Source: Dehalococcoidia bacterium | GTDB taxonomy: Bacteria > Chloroflexota > Dehalococcoidia > Lucifugimonadales > UBA3495 | DNA: 64,000 nucleotides | Assembly (NCBI GenBank): GCA_003523055.1 | Contig: DPHC01000014.1 | Coordinates: 60,312 to 124,311, forward strand | Direction of reading: 5' to 3' | Part shown: one piece after another, positions 9,156 to 18,767 of the stretch | Layout: each line of letters begins with the position of its first letter | Numbering within the stretch: position 1 is the first letter of the stretch | Program-made: the position numbers and the translations under genes | Notes under the pieces: model-generated | Databases searched by the model: none | Told to the model about the DNA's origin: nothing | The model's input: only the letters and a program-made list of their open reading frames with translations

Positions 9156-10333
9156 TCAGATGTGATTTCAACATTTTTAAATGCGGGCATTACCTGTTCA
9201 GAGAATTTCTGCATTTGTTCTAATAGTACGTTTTGAGGAGTTCCCATAGGCAGACTGACACCAATTCTTTCTAGCCCTGGATATTTTTGTTCAAGTTGTT
9301 TAAGTTTTTCTATAATCAAGTCGGCAGACCCTGCAAGGAATCCTCCATTCTTTTCGGCGTCTTCAATAGTGGGTAAACCAGCTGTAGGAGCTTTGTCTGA
9401 GTTTGACATGTCCTCTATTTGCTGATCTGACAAAGCCTTCACTAGCCTCAGAGGGGCAAACATTTTGAGGTTTTCTTCATAGTATTCAGCAGCTGCTTTC
9501 AGTGCTTGCTCTTTAGAATCATCGATAAAGAAATGGTAACCGATACTTAATTTTTCTCCTAAGGCAATATTTTGGCCGGTTTTCTGATACGCTTCCTGAA
9601 ATTTTTCTATTATTTCGTTCATGGCACCTCCTTCTGCGGATCCACCGCCTATAACCCCGTTTATGTTGTGTTTGGCCATGAAATTTAATGCTCTTTCAGA
9701 TCCACTCTGTATTGGTTGCCAACATTCAATAGGCAAGCTTTTGGGTCGTGGAACCAGTGTTATTTCTTTTAGGTCGTACCCTCTATATGGCACTTCGGGT
9801 GGAATAGTGTAATTTTTACCTTTGTGCGAGAACGATTCGTTGTTGAAAGCCTTAAATATTATTTCCACTTGTTCTTCGAAGAGCTCTCTGTTTGACTCTT
9901 GGTCTAATAAAGGAGCTCCAAATGATTCGACTTCTCGGGTATGATAGCCTCTTCCTACTCCAAAAGTTACTCTGCCGTTAGTCAATACATCGGCCGTTGC
10001 CCAATCCTCGGCTAATCTCAGTGGATGCCACATAGGTGCTATATTAAAACCACAACCTATACGTAATTTTTGGGTAAGATGTGACAAATGAACCCCTAGC
10101 AGTACTATATTGGGTAAACATTCATATCCTTCTGGTTGGAAATGGTGTTCGGCCATCCACAGAGTGTCATATCCTCCAGAATCCATTTGCTTAGCTAAAG
10201 CTGTCATTTTATCAAAAGCAGTACATAAGTGGTCATTGGAATATTTCCGATCATTTACTGGAGTTCCTTTGTAACCTACGTTGTCCATATCTACGTGACC
10301 TGCATATAAGCTGTCAAATTTAGTGATAGGCAT
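9152..10333 (-). CDS. Luciferase-like monooxygenase (LLM) class flavin-dependent oxidoreductase
   Basis: 393 aa. It shows a bacterial-luciferase TIM-barrel pattern (LWMAEHHF, GRVTFGVGRGY, FEEQVEII). It overlaps the convergent pncC-like gene by 4 nt. Confidence 0.7.
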   Translation of the reverse strand: MPITKFDSLYAGHVDMDNVGYKGTPVNDRKYSNDHLCTAFDKMTALAKQMDSGGYDTLWMAEHHFQPEGYECLPNIVLLGVHLSHLTQKLRIGCGFNIAPMWHPLRLAEDWATADVLTNGRVTFGVGRGYHTREVESFGAPLLDQESNRELFEEQVEIIFKAFNNESFSHKGKNYTIPPEVPYRGYDLKEITLVPRPKSLPIECWQPIQSGSERALNFMAKHNINGVIGGGSAEGGAMNEIIEKFQEAYQKTGQNIALGEKLSIGYHFFIDDSKEQALKAAAEYYEENLKMFAPLRLVKALSDQQIEDMSNSDKAPTAGLPTIEDAEKNGGFLAGSADLIIEKLKQLEQKYPGLERIGVSLPMGTPQNVLLEQMQKFSEQVMPAFKNVEITSD

Positions 10334-10464
10334 GTTAATCCTCCAAGTTTTGTGGTTGTGACCATTGTATTAATTAGGGTTCCATTGTCAATCTGCATAT
10401 TTTGATTTACGTAAGCATATACATTTTGCATTTATGTTCTATAATGAGTTTGGGGTGAATAACC

Positions 10465-10896
10465 ATGATTGGTTTCAACGTTTATACATTCATAATGCCG
10501 GCAGTAAAATCAATAGCTAGTGCTATTATGTCTGGCTTGTTTGGGATACTACTGGGCTGGTTAGCAATTTTCCTTAATAGATCTTTAGGATATGCTTGGG
10601 GATATGAAGTGCATTTGATGATATACCTGCTCTTCATAGGATTTGGATCTGGATTAGGAGCTTATTTGCCTTGGATAAACTCAGAAGTCAGTAAATATAC
10701 CCGATGGGTTGTTTTACTTATAGCTTGCTGTATAGGTACTGTAGGTGCTATAGCTGGTTATAGGTATGGATTAATCTCTGATGTTGAGTGGCTCAATATG
10801 GCTTTCACAATTGATTTCAAGACACATCGTGGTGGAATACTGTTCGCTACGATTTTTATGTGTTCCATTGGTATTTATAGAGAATTAAAAAATTAA
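10465..10896 (+). CDS. Hypothetical integral membrane protein (about 4 TM helices)
   Basis: 143 aa and strongly hydrophobic. I recognise no family signature. Confidence 0.4.
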   Translation: MIGFNVYTFIMPAVKSIASAIMSGLFGILLGWLAIFLNRSLGYAWGYEVHLMIYLLFIGFGSGLGAYLPWINSEVSKYTRWVVLLIACCIGTVGAIAGYRYGLISDVEWLNMAFTIDFKTHRGGILFATIFMCSIGIYRELKN

Positions 10897-12141
10897 TTAA
10901 TCTTCTTTAGTCACTGCTCTGTTTAATACAGTGACTACAGCTGCCAATAAAACAAGCATGCTTCCATTTATTATTAGAGCTAATTTGCTGCTTAGGATAT
11001 TGCCTAAATAAGCTACTTCCAAGTGCCCCACTGGTCCAATTCCTGCTCCAACCACCCATGTTCCCATAGCTTTTCCTCGTTCCTCAGGTCCTACCATAGA
11101 TTGAATTAAAGTTTGATGAACTATATCTGTAGCTCCGGCCATAGCATTAATTACGAATACTGCAAGTATCATAAATATCAGGCTATTTGAAGCAGATAAC
11201 ATGAATTGACCAACCCCAAATCCAATTATTAGGAATACTATTAACTTTATGTTACCAGTACTGGATTTAAGAGAAACAACCATAAAAGTGCTGAATATGC
11301 CTCCTATGAATTTTGTAGCATTCAATACACCTAAAGTGATACCTCCAGCGCCTAGAGTTTGTGCGACTAACACTGGAATTAAGACTTGATATGAGAATCC
11401 GAATATTTCAGTAAATGTTATTGATATTAATAACACTTGAATGGCTTTGTTCCTACTGATTAATTTTAAATAATTAAAGATATCTGATAAAGCTTGAGAT
11501 TTAGAAGAATGGATTCTTGTATTTTCAGTTTTGATTAAAAGCGCTATCAAAGAGCTTAATATGTAAATGACACTCATGAGGTAAAAACCATATCCAGGGC
11601 TAATGGTGGCTATTAAAATCCCTGCTAGAATTGACCCAGTTATTCCACCGAGTCGATTTGATAAATTTATTAACGCCATAGCATTTAAAGCTGAATTATG
11701 ATTATTGATTTGGTACGCAAAAGTGTGCCTAGTCGTTATTTGGAAAGAATTTGCTGTTCCTAATAAAAGAGTTAACATGCTTAATGTCAGGAGTGTTAAC
11801 TCCGAATATATACTCAAAAATCCCATTGTAAGAGATACAGCTGATAATGATAAAGATGCGCCAATGATTAACATTCTTCTGTCTAAAATGTCGGATAAGA
11901 TACCAGCCGTTATGCCACCAAATAAAAATGGAACCTGGCGGATTGCAAATATTATTCCAACAGACACTACAGATTCATCAATTTGATAGGCTACCCACCC
12001 AAGTAATACCTGTTGAATTCCTTGAGATAAATACTCTAAATAAGATGATGCCCATAGAGCTCTGAAATTATGAGACTTGAAAGTGTTTAAACTTTGTAGG
12101 ATGGTTTTCAAATAAATTAATCCACTTATGATCTGAGTCAT
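10897..12141 (-). CDS. MFS transporter
   Basis: 414 aa with about 12 hydrophobic segments. The loop GILSDILDRRMLI matches the MFS motif A region (GxxxDRxGRR-like). Confidence 0.72.
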   Translation of the reverse strand: MTQIISGLIYLKTILQSLNTFKSHNFRALWASSYLEYLSQGIQQVLLGWVAYQIDESVVSVGIIFAIRQVPFLFGGITAGILSDILDRRMLIIGASLSLSAVSLTMGFLSIYSELTLLTLSMLTLLLGTANSFQITTRHTFAYQINNHNSALNAMALINLSNRLGGITGSILAGILIATISPGYGFYLMSVIYILSSLIALLIKTENTRIHSSKSQALSDIFNYLKLISRNKAIQVLLISITFTEIFGFSYQVLIPVLVAQTLGAGGITLGVLNATKFIGGIFSTFMVVSLKSSTGNIKLIVFLIIGFGVGQFMLSASNSLIFMILAVFVINAMAGATDIVHQTLIQSMVGPEERGKAMGTWVVGAGIGPVGHLEVAYLGNILSSKLALIINGSMLVLLAAVVTVLNRAVTKED

Positions 12142-12213
12142 GAGTTTAACATAAGTGTGTTCTTTTAATATTATTAAAGCTGATTAATTGAAGCGCGTCG
12201 CACAAAACTTGAA

Positions 12214-13149
12214 ATGATTGCCCATTTCTGGCAACATGGAGGTATGGAAATTGGTGCATTTAAATTTAACGATGATATCCCTGAATTGATCAACCCTTCG
12301 GTAATAGCTATGATTAAACCTTGGGTAGACGTTGGCAAAGTAGGGACAGTATCTCTTAATAGAATAGAGAGATTTCTTGGTGCTACCGACGTGGGGCAAC
12401 TTGAAAAGCCAGGAAGATTTTTCGATTTTACACGTTATAGACCTACTATGAAGTTTGTTCAAGGCAAACGAACCATGAGAGTGCCAAATACTTATATAAA
12501 GCATGCTAGGTCTGAAAAAGGTCAAGATTACCTCTTTCTTCACTTGTTTGAACCTCATTCAAATGGTGAAGAATACGTGGAATCAATATTAGAAATCATC
12601 AAGCACTTTAACGTCTCTAGATATTGCCGAGTAGGAGCTATGTATGATGCAGTTCCTCATACTCGCCCATTGTTGATTACCGGCGCAATTGGAAAAGTTC
12701 CCCAACTTACCCAAGTAGAACATTTGAAATTGAGACAAAGCAATTATCAAGGACCTACTACTATTATGAATCTTTTGGCTGTAGGCCTTGAAGATATGGA
12801 ACTTGAGACTATAAATTTTATGGCGCATCTTCCACAATACGCACAATTAGAAGAAGATTATACAGGTGTATCAAGGATGATTGAAGTATTATCCTCGATT
12901 TATTCGGATATTCCAAAAGACTTGTCTCCAATAAGGAGAGGTCAACGCCAATACAGAGAATTGACTAAAGCTGTAGAAAACAATTCAGAATTAAAAGCTC
13001 TAATAGAACAAATGGAATCTATGTATGACTCAGAAAGAGAAGCTGAATCTGTAACTACTGACAATACAAACATCGACAGTCCGAATTTATCACCAGAAAT
13101 CGAAAGTTTCCTCAATGAGATCGGACAACAATTAGAAGATGACAATTAG
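12214..13149 (+). CDS. PAC2 (proteasome assembly chaperone 2-like) family protein
   Basis: 311 aa. The pattern PSVIAMIKPWVDVGKVG ... FDFTRYRP ... LFLHLFEPH ... VPHTRPLLITG matches my memory of bacterial PAC2-family proteins, and the C-terminus is acidic. The true start may be ATG at 12244 (MEIGAF). Confidence 0.5.
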   Translation: MIAHFWQHGGMEIGAFKFNDDIPELINPSVIAMIKPWVDVGKVGTVSLNRIERFLGATDVGQLEKPGRFFDFTRYRPTMKFVQGKRTMRVPNTYIKHARSEKGQDYLFLHLFEPHSNGEEYVESILEIIKHFNVSRYCRVGAMYDAVPHTRPLLITGAIGKVPQLTQVEHLKLRQSNYQGPTTIMNLLAVGLEDMELETINFMAHLPQYAQLEEDYTGVSRMIEVLSSIYSDIPKDLSPIRRGQRQYRELTKAVENNSELKALIEQMESMYDSEREAESVTTDNTNIDSPNLSPEIESFLNEIGQQLEDDN

Positions 13150-13162
13150 AAATTAACTTTTT

Positions 13163-13238
13163 TGGTGGCACCGGGTGGGCTCGAACCACCGACCTAGCGC
13201 TTATGAAGCGCCCGCTCTAACCCCTGAGCTACGGTGCC
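13163..13238 (-). tRNA. tRNA-Met (anticodon CAT; elongator type, or a lysidine-modified tRNA-Ile2)
   Basis: The reverse complement folds as acceptor GGCACCG/CGGTGCC, D arm GCTC/GAGC, anticodon stem GGCGC/GCGCT with loop TTCATAA, and T arm GGTGG-TTCGAGC-CCACC, with A-CCA encoded. G1-C72 is paired, so it is not an initiator. Confidence 0.85.
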
Positions 13239-13281
13239 AACCTGAACTTAATGGGCCAGACGCTTATAAGTCCGATAAATG

Positions 13282-13310
13282 ATGTTAACCGCGAGAATTA
13301 TAACTGTCAA
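13282..13310 (-). promoter_or_regulatory. Putative sigma70-type promoter for tRNA-Met
   Basis: On the minus strand there is a perfect -35 TTGACA (13310-13305), a 17 nt spacer and a -10 TAACAT (13287-13282), about 40 nt upstream of the tRNA 5' end. AT-rich genomes give many chance matches. Confidence 0.3.
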
Positions 13311-13560
13311 TATTATATTGGCTATGAAACTTTAAAATAATTCACCAAACGGCTACTTAGGTAATCCTGCGATAAAATCTTAAAGAAGCTATCCTGGACA
13401 GTGATACAGTTCATATGATTTTATTCAGACACCAAGAATTTCAGGTGCACTAAATTGAATAGACGTGGCAACTCAGAAATTGGAACACAGTAGTTCCTGA
13501 AATCGATGTGTATTACATGGTTCTGGGTATTATATTAATAGTACAGGTTTGCCAGCAGCT

Positions 13561-14475
13561 TTAAGTAAAATCTAAGTTCCCACTTCTCCCACCAGATTTT
13601 TTCATAACTTTTATATCAGATATGACCATTTGACGGTCTGATGCTTTTGCCATGTCATATATAGTGAGGGCGGCTATTGAAACAGCTGTTAAAGCCTCCA
13701 TTTCAACGCCAGTTTTGCCTGATGTTTTCGCATACCCCAGAATAGTGATAGAGTTAGATTTTTCGTTTATAGACAGTTCTATTTCTACTTTGTCTAATGG
13801 TAGTGGATGGCATAAAGGAATTAATTCTGAAGTTTTTTTGGCTCCCATGATTCCTGCAATTTTAGCTACCGTAAATACGTCCCCTTTATTTACCAGCCCG
13901 TCTTGTATCAGTTTTAAAGTCTCCGGTTTCATAATAATTGTGCTTGTGGCAGTGGCTTCTCTAACCGTTATATCTTTATCACCAACATCTACCATTGATG
14001 CATTTCCATTTTCGTCAATATGCGTAAGAGTCTGGTCTGATTTAAATTCATTCACAGTTTCTATTCCTTTTTCAGCTAATTCACTGGCTGCGTAGGCCAA
14101 CTTATCGGCTAATTCATTGCCAGGGTTGCCAGAATGGCCTTTCACCCAATGCCAGGTGATTGATTGTTTAGATGCTTCTGAATCTAATAAAGTCCATAGT
14201 TCTTTGTTAACATTCCGTTTCCAGTTCTTTGTCATGGAATTTATCACGTACGTACTATCTGAAAATATTTCAACGGAAGATCCAATTTCCAGGTATTTCA
14301 AACCTTCTATAACAGCTGTGATTTCCATTTGATTATTAGTAGTTTGTACATTGTTTCCGGAAATTTTTTGAACTATTGTTCCTTCTTTGATGATAATTGC
14401 TGCCCAGCCCCCGGGCCCAGGATTACCTTTGCAGGATCCATCTGTATATATTTGGTAGTAATTGGGATTTGCCAA
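13561..14475 (-). CDS. Fusion protein: N-terminal RNase HI domain plus C-terminal cyclic pyranopterin monophosphate synthase (MoaC)
   Basis: 304 aa in one uninterrupted ORF. Residues 1 to about 135 carry the RNase HI DEDD set (IYTDGSC, NNQMEITAV, IFSDSTYV, GNELADKLA) and the HWVKGHSG motif. Residues about 148-304 are MoaC (LTHIDENGNASMVDVGDKDITVREA, LIPLCHPL, TGVEMEALTA). It lies 1 nt downstream of moaA. Confidence 0.8.
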   Translation of the reverse strand: MANPNYYQIYTDGSCKGNPGPGGWAAIIIKEGTIVQKISGNNVQTTNNQMEITAVIEGLKYLEIGSSVEIFSDSTYVINSMTKNWKRNVNKELWTLLDSEASKQSITWHWVKGHSGNPGNELADKLAYAASELAEKGIETVNEFKSDQTLTHIDENGNASMVDVGDKDITVREATATSTIIMKPETLKLIQDGLVNKGDVFTVAKIAGIMGAKKTSELIPLCHPLPLDKVEIELSINEKSNSITILGYAKTSGKTGVEMEALTAVSIAALTIYDMAKASDRQMVISDIKVMKKSGGRSGNLDFT

Positions 14476-14476
14476 G

Positions 14477-15493
14477 TTACCCGCCTATGTGGAACATTTC
14501 TATTTTAGGTTTCTGGTTATCATCGTTTTTGAAAGTTGATCGTTCTTCTGAATATCTGTCTTTACGATTGCCCCATGTTTTCGAGATTAAATCATAGATT
14601 TGCTGGTCAGTTCCCCCTGTTCTCAACATGTCTCTTAAGTCTATCCCGCCACTAGCGAATAGGCAGGTTACAAGTTTACCGTCTGTGCTCAATCGAGCTC
14701 TTGAACATTGAGAACAAAAAGGCTGAGTTACAGAGCAAATTATCCCTATTTCACCCTCTCCATCGGTGTATTTATATCTATTAGCGACTTCTCCAGGGTA
14801 GTTTTTATCAATTGGCACTATTGGTAATTCCTGATTGAGGATGTGAATAATATCTTCTCCGGACAGTACTTCATTTTGATTCCAATGGTTTTGATTTCCG
14901 ACGTCCATGTATTCTATAAACCTCAAAGTGTATCCATTCGATTTACAGTATTTGGATAACTCGAGTATGGTGTGATCATTAACTCCTTTTTGGACAACAC
15001 AGTTTATTTTAATTGGAGTCAATTCTACTGTTTTGGCCGCTTCTATCCCTTCTAAAACTGACGATACGGAGAATCCTCTGCCATTCATTTTGCCGAAAAC
15101 CTCTTCGTCTAATGAATCTAGGCTTATAGTTATTCTGTTCAATCCCGCATCTTTCAAAAGTTTTGCTTGGGATTTCAATAAATATGCGTTAGTAGTCATA
15201 GCTATGTCTGTAATGTTTGAAATTGTAGAGAGCATTTTTATGAGATCAGATATGTTTGCCCTTAGAAGGGGCTCTCCACCAGTAAGTCTTAATTTAGTTA
15301 CGCCCAAGGTTGAAAATATGTTTGCTAACCTTGATATTTCTTCAAAAGTTAGTATCTCTTCTTTAGGCAGAAACTTGTAAGCTACTCCAAATGTTTCTTT
15401 GGGCATGCAATAAGGGCATCTGAAATTACATTTATCGGTTACAGATATTCGTAAATCTTTTAAAGGTCTATTAAATGTGTCTACAATATCCAT
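14477..15493 (-). CDS. moaA: GTP 3',8-cyclase (molybdenum cofactor biosynthesis protein A), radical SAM
   Basis: 338 aa. It has the CNFRCPYC radical-SAM cluster motif, a C-terminal CSQCSRARL auxiliary cluster region and a terminal GG. Confidence 0.9.
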   Translation of the reverse strand: MDIVDTFNRPLKDLRISVTDKCNFRCPYCMPKETFGVAYKFLPKEEILTFEEISRLANIFSTLGVTKLRLTGGEPLLRANISDLIKMLSTISNITDIAMTTNAYLLKSQAKLLKDAGLNRITISLDSLDEEVFGKMNGRGFSVSSVLEGIEAAKTVELTPIKINCVVQKGVNDHTILELSKYCKSNGYTLRFIEYMDVGNQNHWNQNEVLSGEDIIHILNQELPIVPIDKNYPGEVANRYKYTDGEGEIGIICSVTQPFCSQCSRARLSTDGKLVTCLFASGGIDLRDMLRTGGTDQQIYDLISKTWGNRKDRYSEERSTFKNDDNQKPKIEMFHIGG

Positions 15494-15555
15494 GTTCTTA
15501 GCCTTTGCTTAATTTTGATGTAAGTTTTCCTAAGTAGATACTATTATACAACATA

Positions 15556-16149
15556 CTATTTGTTTAATATTTTCAGTAATTTCCAAGCTGCATCGCCTCT
15601 GTGACTGATATTGTTTTTGGTTTCAGAATTTAGGTTAGCCATAGTGGTTTTCAGAGTTGGCAAGTAAAAAATCGGATCATATCCAAATCCATGATTTCCA
15701 GACGGGGTTAGGCTTATGGCACCAGAAATACTTCCTTGTACAATTAATGGTATGTCTGTTAAACCTACAACTGCAATGCAACAAATAAATCTGGCCGTTC
15801 TATTGATAGCAGGTATGTCTTTCATGTTGTTTAAAATTAATTCTACCCGTTGGGCGTCATTGAAAGTTGGCTCGCCATAACGAGCCGAATGAATTCCTGG
15901 TTCTCCGTTTAATGCATCAATTGTTAGTCCAGAATCGTCTGCTAAACATGGCACATTTGTTTGTTTAAAGCCAAAATGAGCTTTGATTAAAGCATTTTCT
16001 CTAAATGTAAGACCTGTTTCTTCGGCTTGGATTTGAACACCATAATCTGCCAACGATTCTAATCCTATATTAAGAGGAGATAATATATTTTGATATTCTT
16101 CCAGTTTCCCAGAGTTTTGAGTTGCGATTACTAACTTATCAGTGTGCAT
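15556..16149 (-). CDS. rdgB: dITP/XTP pyrophosphatase (Ham1/RdgB family)
   Basis: 197 aa with the motifs ATQNSGKLEEY, ADDSGL, PGIHSARY, GFGYDPIF and SHRG. Confidence 0.85.
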   Translation of the reverse strand: MHTDKLVIATQNSGKLEEYQNILSPLNIGLESLADYGVQIQAEETGLTFRENALIKAHFGFKQTNVPCLADDSGLTIDALNGEPGIHSARYGEPTFNDAQRVELILNNMKDIPAINRTARFICCIAVVGLTDIPLIVQGSISGAISLTPSGNHGFGYDPIFYLPTLKTTMANLNSETKNNISHRGDAAWKLLKILNK

Positions 16150-16153
16150 TTAT

Positions 16154-17353
16154 TTAAATGTCCCCAGTTGATTTGAGTATTTCAATTTCTTCTGGGCCGA
16201 ACTCTAACCAACCTGAGAATATTTCATCATTGTGTTCCCCTAATCTTGGCCCGGAATTAGTTATTTCTCCCGGGGTTTGATCAAATTTAGGGATGACTCC
16301 GATCATTTTTGTGCTACCAGAAATATGATCGTTTACTTCTATTATATTTTCTCTGGCGGCAATATGTTTATCTCTTGATATATCTTCGTGGTCATAAACT
16401 TGCCCAACAATACCTCCAGATGGGATTAATGCGTCCAGGACTTCTTTGGCAGTTTTGTCTTTAAACCATTCTTGCATTTCGTTATTTAACGAATCACTGT
16501 TTTTAATGCGTGATTCGTTACTGTGGTAGAGCTGATCCGTTAACAGTTTGTCCAGTCCCATAGCCTTTACTAAAGATTCCCAAGTGTTTTGGGATGTAGC
16601 TGATAGCCCTACCCATTTTTGATCACCAGCTTGATATAGGTTTCTGGGTGCAGCATCGGGAAAATCGTTGCCTACTCTACTTCTATTTATGCCTAATTCA
16701 TTAAACATAGTAACGTAGGGAATCATTAATCTCATTAACGGTTCGTACAAGCTCAAATCTATAATTTGGCCCTTCGTTGAGGTACCAGTAATATCTCTGT
16801 TATATAGTGCCATCATACCTGACATAGCTCCAAAAACTCCTGATACTAGATCCGCTAGTGGTAAAGGAGGTAAATTAGGAGGGCCATCAGGAAATCCAGA
16901 CATGTTGACATACCCACTCATACATTCTGCAATGGTGCCAAACCCGGGGCGGTTTTTATAAGGCCCTGTTTGCCCAAACCCAGAATATCGTAAGATTACT
17001 AATTTAGGATTAGAATCATGAAGTTCTTCGGGCCCTATTCCCCATTTTTCCAATGTGCCAGGCCTAAACCCTTCAATGAGAATATCTACTTGTTTAACTA
17101 ATTTTTTTAAGATTGCTTGGCCTGCTTCACTTTGGAGATTCAGAGTGATGGATTTTTTGTTCCGTGAATGTACTTTCCACCATATGGATTCTTCATCAAG
17201 AAAAGGCCCCCAATTTCTTAAAGGATCTCCAGCTCCTGGTTTTTCGACTTTGATCACCTCTGCGCCGAAATCTGCTAATAAGCTACTGGCAGTCCCCCCT
17301 GCGATAATCATTGAAAGATCTAAAACTTTTACGCCTTTTATTGGTCCGCTCAT
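16154..17353 (-). CDS. Family III CoA-transferase (CaiB/BaiF type)
   Basis: 399 aa. It has the typical N-terminus GVKVLDLSMIIAGGTASSLLADFGAEVIKVEKPGAGDP. Confidence 0.8.
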   Translation of the reverse strand: MSGPIKGVKVLDLSMIIAGGTASSLLADFGAEVIKVEKPGAGDPLRNWGPFLDEESIWWKVHSRNKKSITLNLQSEAGQAILKKLVKQVDILIEGFRPGTLEKWGIGPEELHDSNPKLVILRYSGFGQTGPYKNRPGFGTIAECMSGYVNMSGFPDGPPNLPPLPLADLVSGVFGAMSGMMALYNRDITGTSTKGQIIDLSLYEPLMRLMIPYVTMFNELGINRSRVGNDFPDAAPRNLYQAGDQKWVGLSATSQNTWESLVKAMGLDKLLTDQLYHSNESRIKNSDSLNNEMQEWFKDKTAKEVLDALIPSGGIVGQVYDHEDISRDKHIAARENIIEVNDHISGSTKMIGVIPKFDQTPGEITNSGPRLGEHNDEIFSGWLEFGPEEIEILKSTGDI

Positions 17354-17371
17354 GATTACATCCCCGTAGTT

Positions 17372-18220
17372 TTAATTATTAAAGAATTTTTGTATTTCAG
17401 ATAGAGTTTCTTTTGGGTATTCCAAAGGTAAAAAATGCGATCCAAATCCCATAGGTATTACAGTGGCTTGGTCAGTCATAGATTTCCATTCTAAGATTGC
17501 TGGATCTTCAGGGTCTTGAGCTCCATCATAATTACCTAGTAACAATAAATATTCACCTGTTAAATGGGTGAAATATTTGTTCACTTCCATACCGTATCGT
17601 GTTTCATAATAATGGGCTTCAACTTCAGGAGGGCATCTCAGTTGGATTGTGCCGTCCTCTAATTCCATAGTTCCTCCGTTTAAATATCCTGTGAACGATT
17701 CTTCAGACCAGTTCTTAAATACTGTTCGGTTCCTATATGCTTCGTAAAGAACTTTAAGTGATGCCCAGTTTCTACGCTTGTTTCTTGTTCTTCCCAATCT
17801 TACGGCTAGTTGTTCTGGCGAAAGAACGGAGGAACGATTACGTAGTGTCGTTTCTGTCAACGCAATTTTTTTGTATGTTCCAGGTAATAAATGAGAAGCC
17901 ATTAATGTGACTAGCCCTCCTGAAGAATGTCCTACGCCATGCAAATTTGTTAAATTGAGTTTTTGTATGAAGGCAGCTACGTCTTGGCCTACTAGTTCAA
18001 AATCAAAATCACCTTCTGGCTGATCTGTTTCTCCATGCCCTCTTTGATTCAAACAAATCACATGAAAATTGCTGGAAAGCTCTGATGCATAGGAATTCCA
18101 AACATCTGCACAAAGGCCAGTCGCATGTACCATAAGCAAAGGAGGAGAAGATTCATTACCCCAATCTAAATAATGTTGAGTTATGCCGTTAGCTTTTATA
18201 TATTTACTGATTGGATTCAA
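17372..18220 (-). CDS. Alpha/beta-fold hydrolase
   Basis: 282 aa. It has an oxyanion-region LLMVHATG, a nucleophile elbow GHSSGG and a C-terminal His region (GSHFLPLE). Confidence 0.7.
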   Translation of the reverse strand: MNPISKYIKANGITQHYLDWGNESSPPLLMVHATGLCADVWNSYASELSSNFHVICLNQRGHGETDQPEGDFDFELVGQDVAAFIQKLNLTNLHGVGHSSGGLVTLMASHLLPGTYKKIALTETTLRNRSSVLSPEQLAVRLGRTRNKRRNWASLKVLYEAYRNRTVFKNWSEESFTGYLNGGTMELEDGTIQLRCPPEVEAHYYETRYGMEVNKYFTHLTGEYLLLLGNYDGAQDPEDPAILEWKSMTDQATVIPMGFGSHFLPLEYPKETLSEIQKFFNN

Positions 18221-18383
18221 TTATTTCCTGCCTTATGTTGTATTAATTTGATGTTATAGTAACAAACTTTGTATTGCTAGTTGATGAGATGACTGAATTT
18301 TATACTATTAGTTACTATTATGAACGTATCTACTATGTTATAATTTCAGTCGCTTTGTAGTTCTATTTGAGAGGGAAAGAAAG

Positions 18384-18767
18384 ATGCCTGTTGAATATGT
18401 GATTCAATATGGAATGATTGGAATTCTTACTATCGTTGCAATTCTTATACCTACTAGTTTGATTCTATTGTCTTGGGTAGCAGAAAAATTAGGACTCAGG
18501 CCTAATAATTACTCCCAAGTCAAATCTGACCCATATGAATGTGGCATGGAAGCGATAGGTGGCCCATGGCATAAATTCAATTTCAAATACTATATGTACG
18601 CAGTCTTATTTGTGATATTTGATGTAGAAGTGATATTTTTATACCCATGGGCAGTTAGATTTTTAGATTTGTCATTGTTTGCCTTGGTCGAAATGTTTGT
18701 ATTCTTAGGGATTTTATTAATCGGGTGGTTATATGCCTGGCGTAAAACTGACCTGGAGTGGAGATAA
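18384..18767 (+). CDS. nuoA: NADH-quinone oxidoreductase subunit A
   Basis: 127 aa with three TM helices and the motifs YECG and [11 protein letters not shown]. It is the first gene of the nuo cluster. Confidence 0.85.
   Translation: MPVEYVIQYGMIGILTIVAILIPTSLILLSWVAEKLGLRPNNYSQVKSDPYECGMEAIGGPWHKFNFKYYMYAVLFVIFDVEVIFLYPWAVRFLDLSLFALVEMFVFLGILLIGWLYAWRKTDLEWR

Noticed and set aside
8555-13238. tRNA-Pro and tRNA-Met as integration sites flanking a genomic island
   Set aside because: There is no integrase, recombinase or phage gene, and I noticed no direct repeat of a tRNA 3' end. The intervening genes are ordinary housekeeping or metabolic genes of the same composition.
15494-15555. Moco riboswitch upstream of moaA
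   Set aside because: Only 62 nt separate moaA from the preceding rdgB stop, which is too short for the Moco RNA motif. I saw no conserved motif.
18336-18344. Extended -10 promoter (TGtTATAAT) upstream of nuoA
   Set aside because: It is plausible, but I found no convincing -35 at proper spacing. TATAAT-like hexamers are frequent in this AT-rich DNA, so I did not report it as a feature.
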